Shown here: piece by piece, positions 26,399 through 36,227 of the stretch
How positions within the stretch are numbered: position 1 is the first letter of the stretch
Layout: each line of letters begins with the position of its first letter
Source: Muribaculaceae bacterium
GTDB taxonomy: Bacteria; Bacteroidota; Bacteroidia; Bacteroidales; Muribaculaceae
Direction of reading: 5' to 3'
Assembly (NCBI GenBank): GCA_022510385.1
Contig: JAFLTQ010000015.1
Location: 1,451 to 65,450, forward strand
DNA length: 64,000 nucleotides
The notes under the pieces: model-generated
What the model saw: only the letters and a program-made list of their open reading frames with translations
Databases searched by the model: none
Told to the model about the DNA's origin: nothing
Program-made: the position numbers and the translations under genes

Positions 26399-29300
26399 AT
26401 GCCTAATCTATCTTTTTTTAACAGAAAAAACCTGATCCTATTTTCGGCTATTTGCTTAGCCGGACAATATAGCCATGCGTTCGATGCAGATTATTATGCA
26501 ACCGGTTCAGCTCTTGCCGACGGTAACTGGGCAAAAATCGAAGTGACGGAAACAGGCATGCAATTCTTGAGCGACGCCACCCTCAGAAATCTGGGATTCT
26601 CAAGCCCGGAAAATGTCAATGTTTATGGGTATGGGGGTGTCATGATTCCTGAAAATCTTAACACGCCTGACGACTTGCCGCTTATTCCCTCTATAAGAAC
26701 AGATGGCGGGATTATCTTTTTCGGCGAAGCATCCGTTGGATGGGAGATTAACAGCACGGGAACCTCAGCTTTCTCTCATATTTCTCACCCTTATTCCGAC
26801 AGGGCTTATTATTTCGTGAGCGATGTAAACGAACAGCGACGTGCACCGGAAAAATATTCATCTCAGGCAGCTCCAAGTCAAACAATTACAACTTTCACTG
26901 AGCGCCTCGTGCATGAGCAAGACCTTTTCATGCCGATGGAGTCGGGGAGGTTGATGCTCGGAGAAGACTTCAAGACCCAAAGCTCGAGAAATTTCAATTT
27001 CTCTATGCCCGACAATACCGGCGATGCCACTGTTACCGTGGCTTTTGGTTGTAAAACATCTTCCGGCACTTCCTCAATTGTGGTGTCGGCCAACAACCGC
27101 CAACTCCCGGCTACAACCACCGACCAAATGGCATTTTCTTCATCCAAACTTATTGTTACAACCACAACTACAAAAACGGTGGAAAATCCCGGGAATTCTC
27201 TGAATCTTTCAATAAAGTTCAATGGATCCGGATCTGTCTCCACTGCTGCCCTTAATTATATTGAAGTTGAATATCCGAGAAATCTCCAAATAAATTCCGG
27301 AGAACTATATTTTTATATTTCTCCCAAGGAGGCTTCAGAAGTGGTCGTGTCAGGCGCCTCTGCAAGCACCTTGCTCTGGGACGTCACAGACCCGATTAAT
27401 CCGAAAGAAATTTCCACAGTAAAATCCGGCTCCTCGCTATCTTTTATCTCCGATGCGGGATATCATGAATTTGTAGCTTTCGATACATCACGAATCTCCA
27501 GAAGCGTCACTCCGTCATGGAAAATTGAGAATCAGGATCTTCACTCGATTGAGGCTCCCGATATGCTTGTGATATGTCCGGCAGAGTTTCTTCCGGCGGC
27601 TCAGCGATTACAAGCTTTCCATTCTCAGACAGATGGTCTGCAACTTTGCATCCTGACGCCCGAGCAAATTTACAACGAATTCTCGTCAGGTAAACCGGAT
27701 GTCACAGCTTTCAGAAAGCTTCTAAAAATGTGGTATGACCGTGCCGGAGGCGAAGTCGGTAAATTCCCGGCTTACTGCACAATAATGAGCAGGCCAACTT
27801 TCGACAACAAACAGATCACACCCCAAGTAAAAAATTCCGGTTATCCGCGCGTTCCTATTTGGCAATCACCTACAGGTGAAACCGAAACAACGTCCTATGG
27901 TACTGACGATTATATCGGAATGTTGGGCGATGTGCCCGGTCAATTCAATATCGGGTCAGCCGAAATTAATGTCGCAGTAGCAAGAATGCCATTCAAAACT
28001 CTCACAGAAGCCAACACCGTCTTAGACAAACTGGAGAATTATATCCTGAATCCGGATTTGGGTGCTTGGCGAAATAATGTTATGGTGATTGCCGACGACC
28101 AAGACAGCGGAGTTCATCTCGATCAGGCGGAAAAAGTGATAGCGGCAATGCAATCGCCTGCAAAGGGTACTGAATTCCAATATGAAAAGCTTTATCTTGA
28201 TGCATACCCATTGGAATATTCAGGAGTGGGAGCAACCTACCCTCAGGCCCATAATCGTCTATTGAACAAGTGGAATGAAGGCCTCACCTTTATCGACTAT
28301 ATTGGGCATGCAAATGCTTCCTCATGGGGTCATGAATATCTTTTAACTTGGCCTAACATAATTTCGATGAGCAACCCACGCCTGCCTTTCATCTATGCGG
28401 CCACCTGTAACTTTATGAGATGGGATGCCAATGATGTCAGCGGAGCTGAAGTGTTATGGCTCCTTCCCAACTCGGGAGCTATCGGGCTTATTTGTCCAAG
28501 CAGAGAAGTGCTCATATCAGCTAACGGAGTATTAAATATAAGCACGGCTAAATATTTCTTCGCACAAGATGAACAGGGTAATTACCTTAGCGTGGGCGAA
28601 ATTATGAGGCGTGGAAAAAATGACAGTAACACCGGAACCAACAAACTTCGGTACGCATTAATCGGAGACCCGTCATTGAGGCTCCCCTTCCCAAATCTTA
28701 ATGTGATTGTGGATAAAGTTAATGGTGTCGAGCTTGCGGAAGCTAAAGAGGCTCCAATCTTAAAAGCACGGTCCACTGTCACAATCTCAGGCCATGTCGA
28801 AGATTTCTACGGCAACCATTCAGATGATTTTAACGGGATTGCTGAGATTACTCTTTATGATGCCGAGAAAGTCATCACTACCAACGGTAACGGCTCTGAT
28901 GGAGTTCAATCTGTCTACAACGACCGTAAGACCCGTCTGTTCGTGGGAAGAACAACTGTAAAAGATGGTAAATGGGAAACAACCTTCACCATGCCCTCCG
29001 AAATCGAGAATAATTATTCGCCTGCCCTGATATCCCTCTATGCTTTCAGTGAGGATGGCCAAGAGGGAAACGGATCTTCTGATAAGATTTATGCTTATGG
29101 ATATGATGAGGATGCTCCGGATGATTTCGAAGGGCCTAAGATGATTGAATTCTACCTTAACAATCCTTCATTTGTGAGTGGTAATCAGGTTAGTCCCAGT
29201 CCGACCCTGGTAGCCAAATTCTTTGATGAGTCAGGCATAAGTGTCTCTGAAGCCGGTATAGGCCACAACATATCTCTGACTCTCGACGGGACTACTTTTT

Positions 29301-29782
29301 ATGATGATGTGGCTCTGTATTACCGACCGGATGAAAATGAATCGGGCACAGGAAGTCTCACTTATTCACTCGGAGAAGTGTCTCAAGGAAAACATACGCT
29401 CGAACTAACCGTGTGGGATAATGCCAACAATTCAACAACCGCCAGCCTTGAATTCTCAATTTCGGCTCTTTGGAAACCGGCCATCGAGATGCTGACCACC
29501 GATGTCAATCCGGCAGTCTCGAGTGTCAATTTCATTGTGGCAACAGATGGAAGCACTTCTTCTATGGAGTGTGCTATTGAAATTTTTGATATTTGGGGTA
29601 GAAAGGTTTGGAGAGATACGGCTCCCTCACTTACCAGCGCTTCAACGAGAACTTCCATGGGTTGGGATCTTTGTGACTTCGGAGGCTCAAGAGTTCCGGC
29701 AGGAATATATCTTTATAAAGCCACTGTCAAAACGGATTCCGGAGCAACTGTCACAAAAACGAAAAAACTTATTGTGAAATAG
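26399..29782 (+). CDS. porU: Type IX secretion system sortase PorU (C25 gingipain-like peptidase)
   Basis: Signal peptide; S.LA.GNWAKI.V.ETG, QIYNEFSSGKPDVTAFR, DDYIGML, DYIGH (His), YAATC (Cys), LIGDPSL and C-terminal CTD (GIYLYK...TKTKKLIVK). Confidence 0.93.
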   Translation: MPNLSFFNRKNLILFSAICLAGQYSHAFDADYYATGSALADGNWAKIEVTETGMQFLSDATLRNLGFSSPENVNVYGYGGVMIPENLNTPDDLPLIPSIRTDGGIIFFGEASVGWEINSTGTSAFSHISHPYSDRAYYFVSDVNEQRRAPEKYSSQAAPSQTITTFTERLVHEQDLFMPMESGRLMLGEDFKTQSSRNFNFSMPDNTGDATVTVAFGCKTSSGTSSIVVSANNRQLPATTTDQMAFSSSKLIVTTTTTKTVENPGNSLNLSIKFNGSGSVSTAALNYIEVEYPRNLQINSGELYFYISPKEASEVVVSGASASTLLWDVTDPINPKEISTVKSGSSLSFISDAGYHEFVAFDTSRISRSVTPSWKIENQDLHSIEAPDMLVICPAEFLPAAQRLQAFHSQTDGLQLCILTPEQIYNEFSSGKPDVTAFRKLLKMWYDRAGGEVGKFPAYCTIMSRPTFDNKQITPQVKNSGYPRVPIWQSPTGETETTSYGTDDYIGMLGDVPGQFNIGSAEINVAVARMPFKTLTEANTVLDKLENYILNPDLGAWRNNVMVIADDQDSGVHLDQAEKVIAAMQSPAKGTEFQYEKLYLDAYPLEYSGVGATYPQAHNRLLNKWNEGLTFIDYIGHANASSWGHEYLLTWPNIISMSNPRLPFIYAATCNFMRWDANDVSGAEVLWLLPNSGAIGLICPSREVLISANGVLNISTAKYFFAQDEQGNYLSVGEIMRRGKNDSNTGTNKLRYALIGDPSLRLPFPNLNVIVDKVNGVELAEAKEAPILKARSTVTISGHVEDFYGNHSDDFNGIAEITLYDAEKVITTNGNGSDGVQSVYNDRKTRLFVGRTTVKDGKWETTFTMPSEIENNYSPALISLYAFSEDGQEGNGSSDKIYAYGYDEDAPDDFEGPKMIEFYLNNPSFVSGNQVSPSPTLVAKFFDESGISVSEAGIGHNISLTLDGTTFYDDVALYYRPDENESGTGSLTYSLGEVSQGKHTLELTVWDNANNSTTASLEFSISALWKPAIEMLTTDVNPAVSSVNFIVATDGSTSSMECAIEIFDIWGRKVWRDTAPSLTSASTRTSMGWDLCDFGGSRVPAGIYLYKATVKTDSGATVTKTKKLIVK

Positions 29783-29822
29783 GGTAGAGCTTTACGGCTT
29801 AAAGGATTGAATCTGTGAATTT

Positions 29823-30398
29823 ATGAAAACTATTGTGATTGACAACAGCAAGAAAATCAACGCAGGTTCACGTCCTTTCTCATGGTTTCTTATAGCTGAT
29901 TCAGCAGTCAGCAACACCGGTAAACCCTTCTATTTACCCGATGAGAATGGTAGGATTTTGGCAACTCTCTCCGTTGCTATAAAGATTTCGCGTCTGGGTA
30001 AATCCATCTCTCCTAAATTCAGCTATAGATATTATTCCGAGATGGCTCCGGCTGTACATTTCTATATGGCTGATATGGAAAAAGAACTTCATGAAATGGG
30101 ATTGCCGACCGACCCGGCTCATAATTTCGACAGGGCCCTTATGGTGGGTGATTTTATCCCCTTTAACCATGAATCTAAATTCCGACTATCTCTTAACGAA
30201 AAACCGGCAGCTGTTTTCTCTTTTACGAATCTGTTTCCTGATATAGATGAATCAATCTCTCTCTTATCCTCTTTCAACACCCTTAAAATGGGTGATCTTA
30301 TCCTCCCCGGCCTCTCCGACCCTTTGGCTTTGAAACAGGGTGACTTGTTGGAAATTTATAACAATGGTGAAAAGTCTTTCATTATAAAAATCAAATAG
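29823..30398 (+). CDS. Fumarylacetoacetate-hydrolase-fold protein, apparently lacking catalytic residues
   Basis: ADSAV...GKPFYLP, ISRLGKSI..KF..RYY, FD and TLKMGDLI are recognisable; acidic metal ligands and TGTP are not. Confidence 0.8.
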   Translation: MKTIVIDNSKKINAGSRPFSWFLIADSAVSNTGKPFYLPDENGRILATLSVAIKISRLGKSISPKFSYRYYSEMAPAVHFYMADMEKELHEMGLPTDPAHNFDRALMVGDFIPFNHESKFRLSLNEKPAAVFSFTNLFPDIDESISLLSSFNTLKMGDLILPGLSDPLALKQGDLLEIYNNGEKSFIIKIK

Positions 30399-30444
30399 AA
30401 GAGAGCGTCAGGCAATAAAGATAGATATTTTTAGTTTTAAAAAT

Positions 30445-31668
30445 ATGTCACGCAAGATATTTTCCTCAATAGCATTACTGGCACTGGGCGGCATGGCGAC
30501 AATGCAAGCTCAGAATGACATCAAGGATGATGACTTCAATCCGGTCAATACCGGAGTCACAACCTTGAGCATCACGCCTGATGCACGTGGATCCGGCATG
30601 GGAAACCTCGGAGCGGCTACCGACCCTGATGTAAACTCCCAATTTTGGAATCCCTCTAAATATGCATTTGCATATAGCAAATCAGCTGTAGCGATTTCTT
30701 ACACTCCTTGGCTCCGAAAGATTGTAAACGATATTTTCCTTGCAGACCTTACAGGATACTATAAGCTCGGGAGCAACGACAATCAGGCTCTAAGCGCCTC
30801 TTTCAGATATTTCTCCCTTGGAGAAGTCACTATGGGTTATGGCGACACCGGTCTTGATGGAGTGCAGACCATTCATCCTTATGAATTTGCATTCGATTTA
30901 GGCTATTCACGAAAACTCTCGGAGAAATTCTCAATGGGAGTCGTAATGCGATACATATTGTCAGACCTCTCTTATGAGGATGCCTATTCCGGCGACACCA
31001 ACACGGCAGCCAGCGCCTTTTCCGCAGATATTTCCGGATATTTCGTCACATATCCTATGATAGGAAGAAGCGAATGTCAGTTTGCGTGGGGTTTTGATAT
31101 CTCAAATATAGGTACAAAAGTCAGCTATGACCATGGACAGAACTATGCGTTTCTTCCTACAAACCTGAGACTCGGAGCTCAATTCATGTTCCCTTTAGCC
31201 GACTATAACACACTCTCTGTAGGACTTGACCTTAACAAGCTCCTGGTTCCGACTATGCCACGCCTTAAAGACTTTAACAATGGCGAAACAATCGAAGATC
31301 AGCAGGCTTACGAAGAGGCCAAAGAAAAATGGGAGACAATGTCGCCTATAACAGGTATTTTCAAAAGTTTTTCTGATGCTCCGGGAGGTTTTAAAGAAGA
31401 ATTAGAAGAGATATCGGTATCATTCGGTGGCGAATATGCCTATAATCAACAATTTTTTGCACGCCTTGGATACAACTATGAAGCTGCCTCAAAGGGTGGA
31501 AGAAGCTATTTCACTTTTGGTGCAGGGTTTTCACTCAATATTGTGAGACTCGATGCATCATATATGCTGGCAACGGCACAAAGTTCCCCTCTTGATCAGA
31601 CTCTTCGGTTCACTCTAAGTTTCGATCTCGAAGGTTTACAAGACCTCATCGGTAAAAGACGCCGCTGA
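30445..31668 (+). CDS. porV: T9SS outer-membrane shuttle/channel PorV
   Basis: NPVNTGV..L.I.PDARG.GMG, DPDVNSQFWNPSKY, SYTPWLR, LPTNLRLG and PLDQTLRFTLSFD. Confidence 0.93.
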   Translation: MSRKIFSSIALLALGGMATMQAQNDIKDDDFNPVNTGVTTLSITPDARGSGMGNLGAATDPDVNSQFWNPSKYAFAYSKSAVAISYTPWLRKIVNDIFLADLTGYYKLGSNDNQALSASFRYFSLGEVTMGYGDTGLDGVQTIHPYEFAFDLGYSRKLSEKFSMGVVMRYILSDLSYEDAYSGDTNTAASAFSADISGYFVTYPMIGRSECQFAWGFDISNIGTKVSYDHGQNYAFLPTNLRLGAQFMFPLADYNTLSVGLDLNKLLVPTMPRLKDFNNGETIEDQQAYEEAKEKWETMSPITGIFKSFSDAPGGFKEELEEISVSFGGEYAYNQQFFARLGYNYEAASKGGRSYFTFGAGFSLNIVRLDASYMLATAQSSPLDQTLRFTLSFDLEGLQDLIGKRRR

Positions 31669-31709
31669 TGATCTCTCCCGTATTATATCTTAATTTTTAA
31701 ATTTTACCA

Positions 31710-32186
31710 ATGTTCAGAATCGGTCAAGGTTTTGATGTTCATAAGCTCGTGGAAAACCGCGAGCTTTGGTTATGTGGGGTATTGGTTCCACATTCCCATG
31801 GCCTTTTGGGCCATAGCGACGCTGATGTAGCAATCCATGCTCTCTGTGATGCTCTCTTGGGAGCTGCAGCACTTGGAGATATAGGTTTTCATTTTCCCGA
31901 CACCGACCCGGCATATAAAGGAGCTGACAGTAAGATTCTCCTTTCACGTGTCGTCGCCCTGATTGAGCAAAAGGGATACAAAATCGGGAATGTAGACGTC
32001 ACAATCATAGCTCAATCACCAAAGCTCAAAGATTTCATACCCTCCATGAGAGAGACTCTTGCCAAAATCATTGATATTGATGTTGACTCAGTTTCCGTGA
32101 AAGCAACCACAACTGAACACCTCGGATTCGAGGGTAGGAAAGAGGGTATTTCAGCCTCCGCAGTCGCTCTTATCTTCAACTCTTAA
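31710..32186 (+). CDS. ispF: 2-C-methyl-D-erythritol 2,4-cyclodiphosphate synthase
   Basis: [45 protein letters not shown] and GRKEGI. Confidence 0.98.
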   Translation: MFRIGQGFDVHKLVENRELWLCGVLVPHSHGLLGHSDADVAIHALCDALLGAAALGDIGFHFPDTDPAYKGADSKILLSRVVALIEQKGYKIGNVDVTIIAQSPKLKDFIPSMRETLAKIIDIDVDSVSVKATTTEHLGFEGRKEGISASAVALIFNS

Positions 32187-32199
32187 TTTTCGACCAACA

Positions 32200-32610
32200 A
32201 TGCCCAAGATAGATTTCCGACTATCAGATATTTCTGAAGCAGCCAAGGCCTTTGTTGATTCTATAGGGGCTGACCGGATTTTCCTATTTCAGGGAGAAAT
32301 GGGGGCAGGGAAAACTACCTTTATCTCAGAAATTTGCCGCATATTAGGTGCTGAAGACTCACTTGGAAGTCCCACTTTCAGTCTTGTCAATGAATATGGG
32401 GATGCCAATGGAGACCCCATCTATCATTTCGATCTTTATAGGATTGACTCCCCTCGGGAAGCGTTCGACATGGGGGCCGAGGAATATTTCAATTCCGGAT
32501 GTTTATGTCTTGTGGAATGGCCCGACAGGTTAGGCGATTTTATCCCGGAGGAGGCTCGTTATGTGAATATTACAGTTAATTCCGACGGCTCGCGAACAAT
32601 TTCCTTCTAA
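32200..32610 (+). CDS. tsaE: t6A biosynthesis ATPase TsaE
   Basis: GEMGAGKTTFI, SPTFSLVNEY, YHFDLYR and LVEWP. Confidence 0.96.
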   Translation: MPKIDFRLSDISEAAKAFVDSIGADRIFLFQGEMGAGKTTFISEICRILGAEDSLGSPTFSLVNEYGDANGDPIYHFDLYRIDSPREAFDMGAEEYFNSGCLCLVEWPDRLGDFIPEEARYVNITVNSDGSRTISF

Positions 32611-32629
32611 TAAATTTTAGCCAAGTGTT

Positions 32630-33352
32630 ATGGAAATTATCAGGCTTGATTCCACGGACTCTACCAATAACTGGGCCTCGGCACATGAACATGAACTTCC
32701 TCCCATAGCGTTGGTTTGTTGTCATGAGCAGACAGCCGGCAGAGGTCAAAGAGGAAATGTATGGGAGAGCCAGCCCGGTAAAAACATCACAGCATCATTA
32801 ATATTTCATCCTCAGGAATTCCCTGCCGACCAACAATTCCATATATCAGAAACAGTGGCCCTTGCAATAGTTGATTTCTTGAAATCATATGGAGTAAATG
32901 CTCAAATCAAGTGGCCTAATGATATTTATGTAGGTGACAAGAAAATTTGTGGAATTCTTGTTGAACATGTAGTCTCAGGGAGAAACATTACCCGCTCGAT
33001 TGCCGGATTCGGAATAAACATCAATCAAACGCGTTTTTTAAGTGATGCCCCAAACCCAGTATCGTTGACTCAGATCACAGGGAAAGATCACGATCTTGAT
33101 GCGGCTATCCATTGCATAGCTTCAATTCTTGAGAAAAGACTTCAGTCATTAAATGATAAAAATAGCCTCCATCAGGAATTCCTTAATTCCCTGTGGAGAA
33201 AAGATGGAGCCTATTATAATTTTTTTGACCGTAAAAATAATGAGCAAATCAATGCATCAATCCAGACAGTAGAACCTTCAGGATTACTGCATCTACAGAC
33301 TCGCAACGGGGAAACAAGGACCTATTCATTCAAAGAAGTAGAATATCTCTAA
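32630..33352 (+). CDS. birA: Biotin--[acetyl-CoA carboxylase] ligase (class I, no HTH)
   Basis: STDSTN, QTAGRGQRG, KWPNDI, KKICGIL and GFGININQ. Confidence 0.95.
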   Translation: MEIIRLDSTDSTNNWASAHEHELPPIALVCCHEQTAGRGQRGNVWESQPGKNITASLIFHPQEFPADQQFHISETVALAIVDFLKSYGVNAQIKWPNDIYVGDKKICGILVEHVVSGRNITRSIAGFGININQTRFLSDAPNPVSLTQITGKDHDLDAAIHCIASILEKRLQSLNDKNSLHQEFLNSLWRKDGAYYNFFDRKNNEQINASIQTVEPSGLLHLQTRNGETRTYSFKEVEYL

Positions 33353-33385
33353 ACTCAGAATATCTCTCTACCCGAACACCTCTTT

Positions 33386-34507
33386 ATGAGCAATCAAGAA
33401 AAAATAATTGAAGAAACATTCGAGGAAACAATTCCAACGAAAGAACCGGTATGGAAGAAAATCTTATCTTTCTTCTTGCAATACATCCTTCCGGTTGTCT
33501 TCACAGTCTTGTTGCTCGTTTTTCTGTTCCACAAGGTGGATTTCCGGGAAATGTGGAGCTACATTCAACATGGAGTCGATTATTGGTGGATTCTTTTGGC
33601 CATGGGAATAAGCATTTTTTCCCATGTATTTAGGGCAGCACGCTGGCAGCTTCAGCTTAATGCCTTGAATATTCGGCCTCCTTTTATGGCGCTTTGTTGT
33701 TCTATTTTCGGCTGTTATGCCCTAAACCTTGTATTACCTCGTCTGGGAGAATTATGGAGGTGCACATACATATCAGGTTACAAAAAGAACTCCTTCCCAA
33801 AAGTATTGGGTTCGATGCTTGCCGACAGGGCAGCCGACACAACAACGGTAGTTCTCCTGTTTGTATTTTCTCTTATTGTGGCAACCCCGGCCATCCTATC
33901 TTTTTTAGATAAATATCCAATCGGGAAAGATTTTATCCATCTGATTTCCCAATTCTGGTTTTGGGCCGCCATTGTGGGAACTATCCTTCTGGTTGCTTTA
34001 GCGGTATACCTACTCCGTAATCATCCTTTCTTTTTGAAAACTAAAGGACTGGCTTCAAATGTGTGGCACGGGATAATAGTGATAGCGACAATGCGAGGTA
34101 AGTGGAAATTCCTCCTCTTCACTTTTGGAATTTGGGGATGTTATTTCATCCAACTTTATGTTGCTTTCTATGCTTTCAGTTTCACACGAGCCCTTTGCCA
34201 TGAAGATGGGCTTGTGGCCGGCCTCATTCCATGTCTTGTTGCTTTTGTACTCAGTTCAATAAGCATGGCTATTCCCTCGAATGGAGGGCTCGGACCCTGG
34301 AATATCGCGATAATGTTCTCTCTTGCTGTATATGGAGTGGAGGAACCGGAAGGGACAGCTTTCTCCATTGTGCAATGGAGTGGTCAGACAATCATGCTGA
34401 TCCTCCTTGGTATTTTCACTATGGTTTATATTTATATGCGACCGGCTTCCTCTTCAACTGTTCAGTCCTCCTCAGAGAGCCAGTTGAAATCGGAGGGTCG
34501 AGGATAG
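33386..34507 (+). CDS. UPF0104 / lysylphosphatidylglycerol synthase TM-domain (flippase-like) membrane protein
   Basis: SHVFRAARW, NLVLPRLGELWRC, GSMLADR and PSNGGLGPW; multiple TM segments. Confidence 0.85.
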   Translation: MSNQEKIIEETFEETIPTKEPVWKKILSFFLQYILPVVFTVLLLVFLFHKVDFREMWSYIQHGVDYWWILLAMGISIFSHVFRAARWQLQLNALNIRPPFMALCCSIFGCYALNLVLPRLGELWRCTYISGYKKNSFPKVLGSMLADRAADTTTVVLLFVFSLIVATPAILSFLDKYPIGKDFIHLISQFWFWAAIVGTILLVALAVYLLRNHPFFLKTKGLASNVWHGIIVIATMRGKWKFLLFTFGIWGCYFIQLYVAFYAFSFTRALCHEDGLVAGLIPCLVAFVLSSISMAIPSNGGLGPWNIAIMFSLAVYGVEEPEGTAFSIVQWSGQTIMLILLGIFTMVYIYMRPASSSTVQSSSESQLKSEGRG

Positions 34508-35226
34508 GTCGGATCAAGTTTCACCGGTACAATCGACACAAAACCATTTGAGAGGCACCATTCGTCTGTATCTTCGTTATCCGGCTCTTCATTCACGAAA
34601 GTGCCTGCAAGCCAATAGAATGGTCTACGTGCGGGATCCAGATATTCTTCGTAATGATCATCCCATCTGCCCTTACATCCGCGAGTCACTCTAATACCCT
34701 TGAATTCCTTTACATTAGCGGGCATATTTACATTCAGACACACTCCCTGAGGAAGTCCCTTCTCCAAAACTTTCCTTACAATCTTTTCAACAACGGGATA
34801 ACAGGGAGAGAAATCGGCATCCTCTCTATGACTCGTCAATGAAAATCCTATCGACGGCACCCCATAGGCACACCCTTCAAAGGCTGCTCCCATGGTTCCC
34901 GAATAAACTACATTTATTGCTGCATTAGAACCATGATTTATTCCTGTCACAACTATATCGGGCTTGCGTGGCAAGAGATTATCAACGGCTATCTTAATAC
35001 AATCAACCGGAGTTCCGTTAACTTTATACATCTGTGCGCCATGATAATCTTCAAGACGCTTCACACGTAAGGGATTGTTTACTGTCAAGGCCATCGACAT
35101 TCCTGACTGCGGCTGTTCCGGACAGATACAAAAAACATCTCCCAAAGTCTGAAGACTTTTCACTAATTCGTGAACGCCATGTGCCTCTATGCTGTCGTCG
35201 TTACTGACTAATATCAACTTTTTCAT
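34462..35226 (-). CDS. surE: 5'/3'-nucleotidase SurE
   Basis: ILVSNDDS, PEQPQSGMS, GTPVDCI and GINHGSNA..NVVYSGTMGAA.EG. Confidence 0.96.
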   Translation of the reverse strand: MKKLILVSNDDSIEAHGVHELVKSLQTLGDVFCICPEQPQSGMSMALTVNNPLRVKRLEDYHGAQMYKVNGTPVDCIKIAVDNLLPRKPDIVVTGINHGSNAAINVVYSGTMGAAFEGCAYGVPSIGFSLTSHREDADFSPCYPVVEKIVRKVLEKGLPQGVCLNVNMPANVKEFKGIRVTRGCKGRWDDHYEEYLDPARRPFYWLAGTFVNEEPDNEDTDEWCLSNGFVSIVPVKLDPTYPRPSDFNWLSEED

Positions 35227-36227
35227 TTCTTTTTATTTAATAAATAACGGTCGATGATGATGCATCTTTGAGAACCGGGAAAATCAACGGGGTGATTGTT
35301 CTCTTTCCCAAGATAATTCTTGCGCATTTTTCTGAAATCTTTATGAGCATTCAAGATTGCACCGGCATTCCTGAAATCAAATTTTACAAGATACATCAGA
35401 AAAGCCAAAGTATCAACCAATCGTCTGATTATAAGTTTTCTGTTTCTTCCCTTTTTTGGCAAGTTTTTATAAAGCAACAGAAGGTTATTCCTGAAATTCA
35501 GATATGTTTTCTTAGGATTTCCGGCATGCAATGAACCACCTCCCACATGAAATACCTCAGAATCAGCCAATGCACATACTCTATATCCGGCACTCAACAT
35601 CCTGCAACATAAGTCGATCTCTTCCATGTGGGCAAAAAAGAGCGGGTCTAATCCTCCAAGCCTGAGATATAGGTCTGTCCTTACTGTCAGAGCTGCTCCG
35701 GAGGCCCAACAAACATCGATAGCCTCTCCGTCATATTGTCCCTCATCTTTCTCTACCCTGTCGAATAGTCTTCCCCGGCAATATGGATATCCAAACCGGT
35801 CAAGATATCCTCCGGCTGCTCCCGCATATTCAAAGTATTCCCGGTTATGATAGGATTTAATCTTGGGTTGAACTGCCCCGACGTCAGAATTATTCTCTAT
35901 AAATTTCAATAAGGGTTCCCACCAGCCCGGAGTTACCTCCACATCACTATTCAATAATATGGTATAAGGATATTTAAAATGAGAGATCACCCGGTTATAA
36001 CCCTCCGCAAATCCATAATTCTTATCAAGACGGAATCTTATAACTTCCGGATAATTTTCCTCAACCCAATCCATGGATCCGTCGGTGGAACCATTGTCAG
36101 CAACAATCAGATCACTCTCTGAAGATATACTGTAATGAACAGCTATGGGGAGAAATTTCTTCAGCAGCTCCAATCCATTCCAATTGAGCACGATTATTCC
36201 TAACTTCTTCTCTCCAGTCATAGACAC
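35223..36227 (-). CDS. GT2-family glycosyltransferase (rhamnosyltransferase-like)
   Basis: IVLNWNG, ADNGSTDGS, NYGFAEGYN, LLNSDVEV, WASGA and FFAHMEEIDLC. Confidence 0.9.
   Translation of the reverse strand: MSMTGEKKLGIIVLNWNGLELLKKFLPIAVHYSISSESDLIVADNGSTDGSMDWVEENYPEVIRFRLDKNYGFAEGYNRVISHFKYPYTILLNSDVEVTPGWWEPLLKFIENNSDVGAVQPKIKSYHNREYFEYAGAAGGYLDRFGYPYCRGRLFDRVEKDEGQYDGEAIDVCWASGAALTVRTDLYLRLGGLDPLFFAHMEEIDLCCRMLSAGYRVCALADSEVFHVGGGSLHAGNPKKTYLNFRNNLLLLYKNLPKKGRNRKLIIRRLVDTLAFLMYLVKFDFRNAGAILNAHKDFRKMRKNYLGKENNHPVDFPGSQRCIIIDRYLLNKKK

Noticed and set aside
34462-34507. 46-nt convergent overlap of the UPF0104 gene and surE
   Set aside because: Low-complexity Ser-rich tail; short convergent overlaps are common
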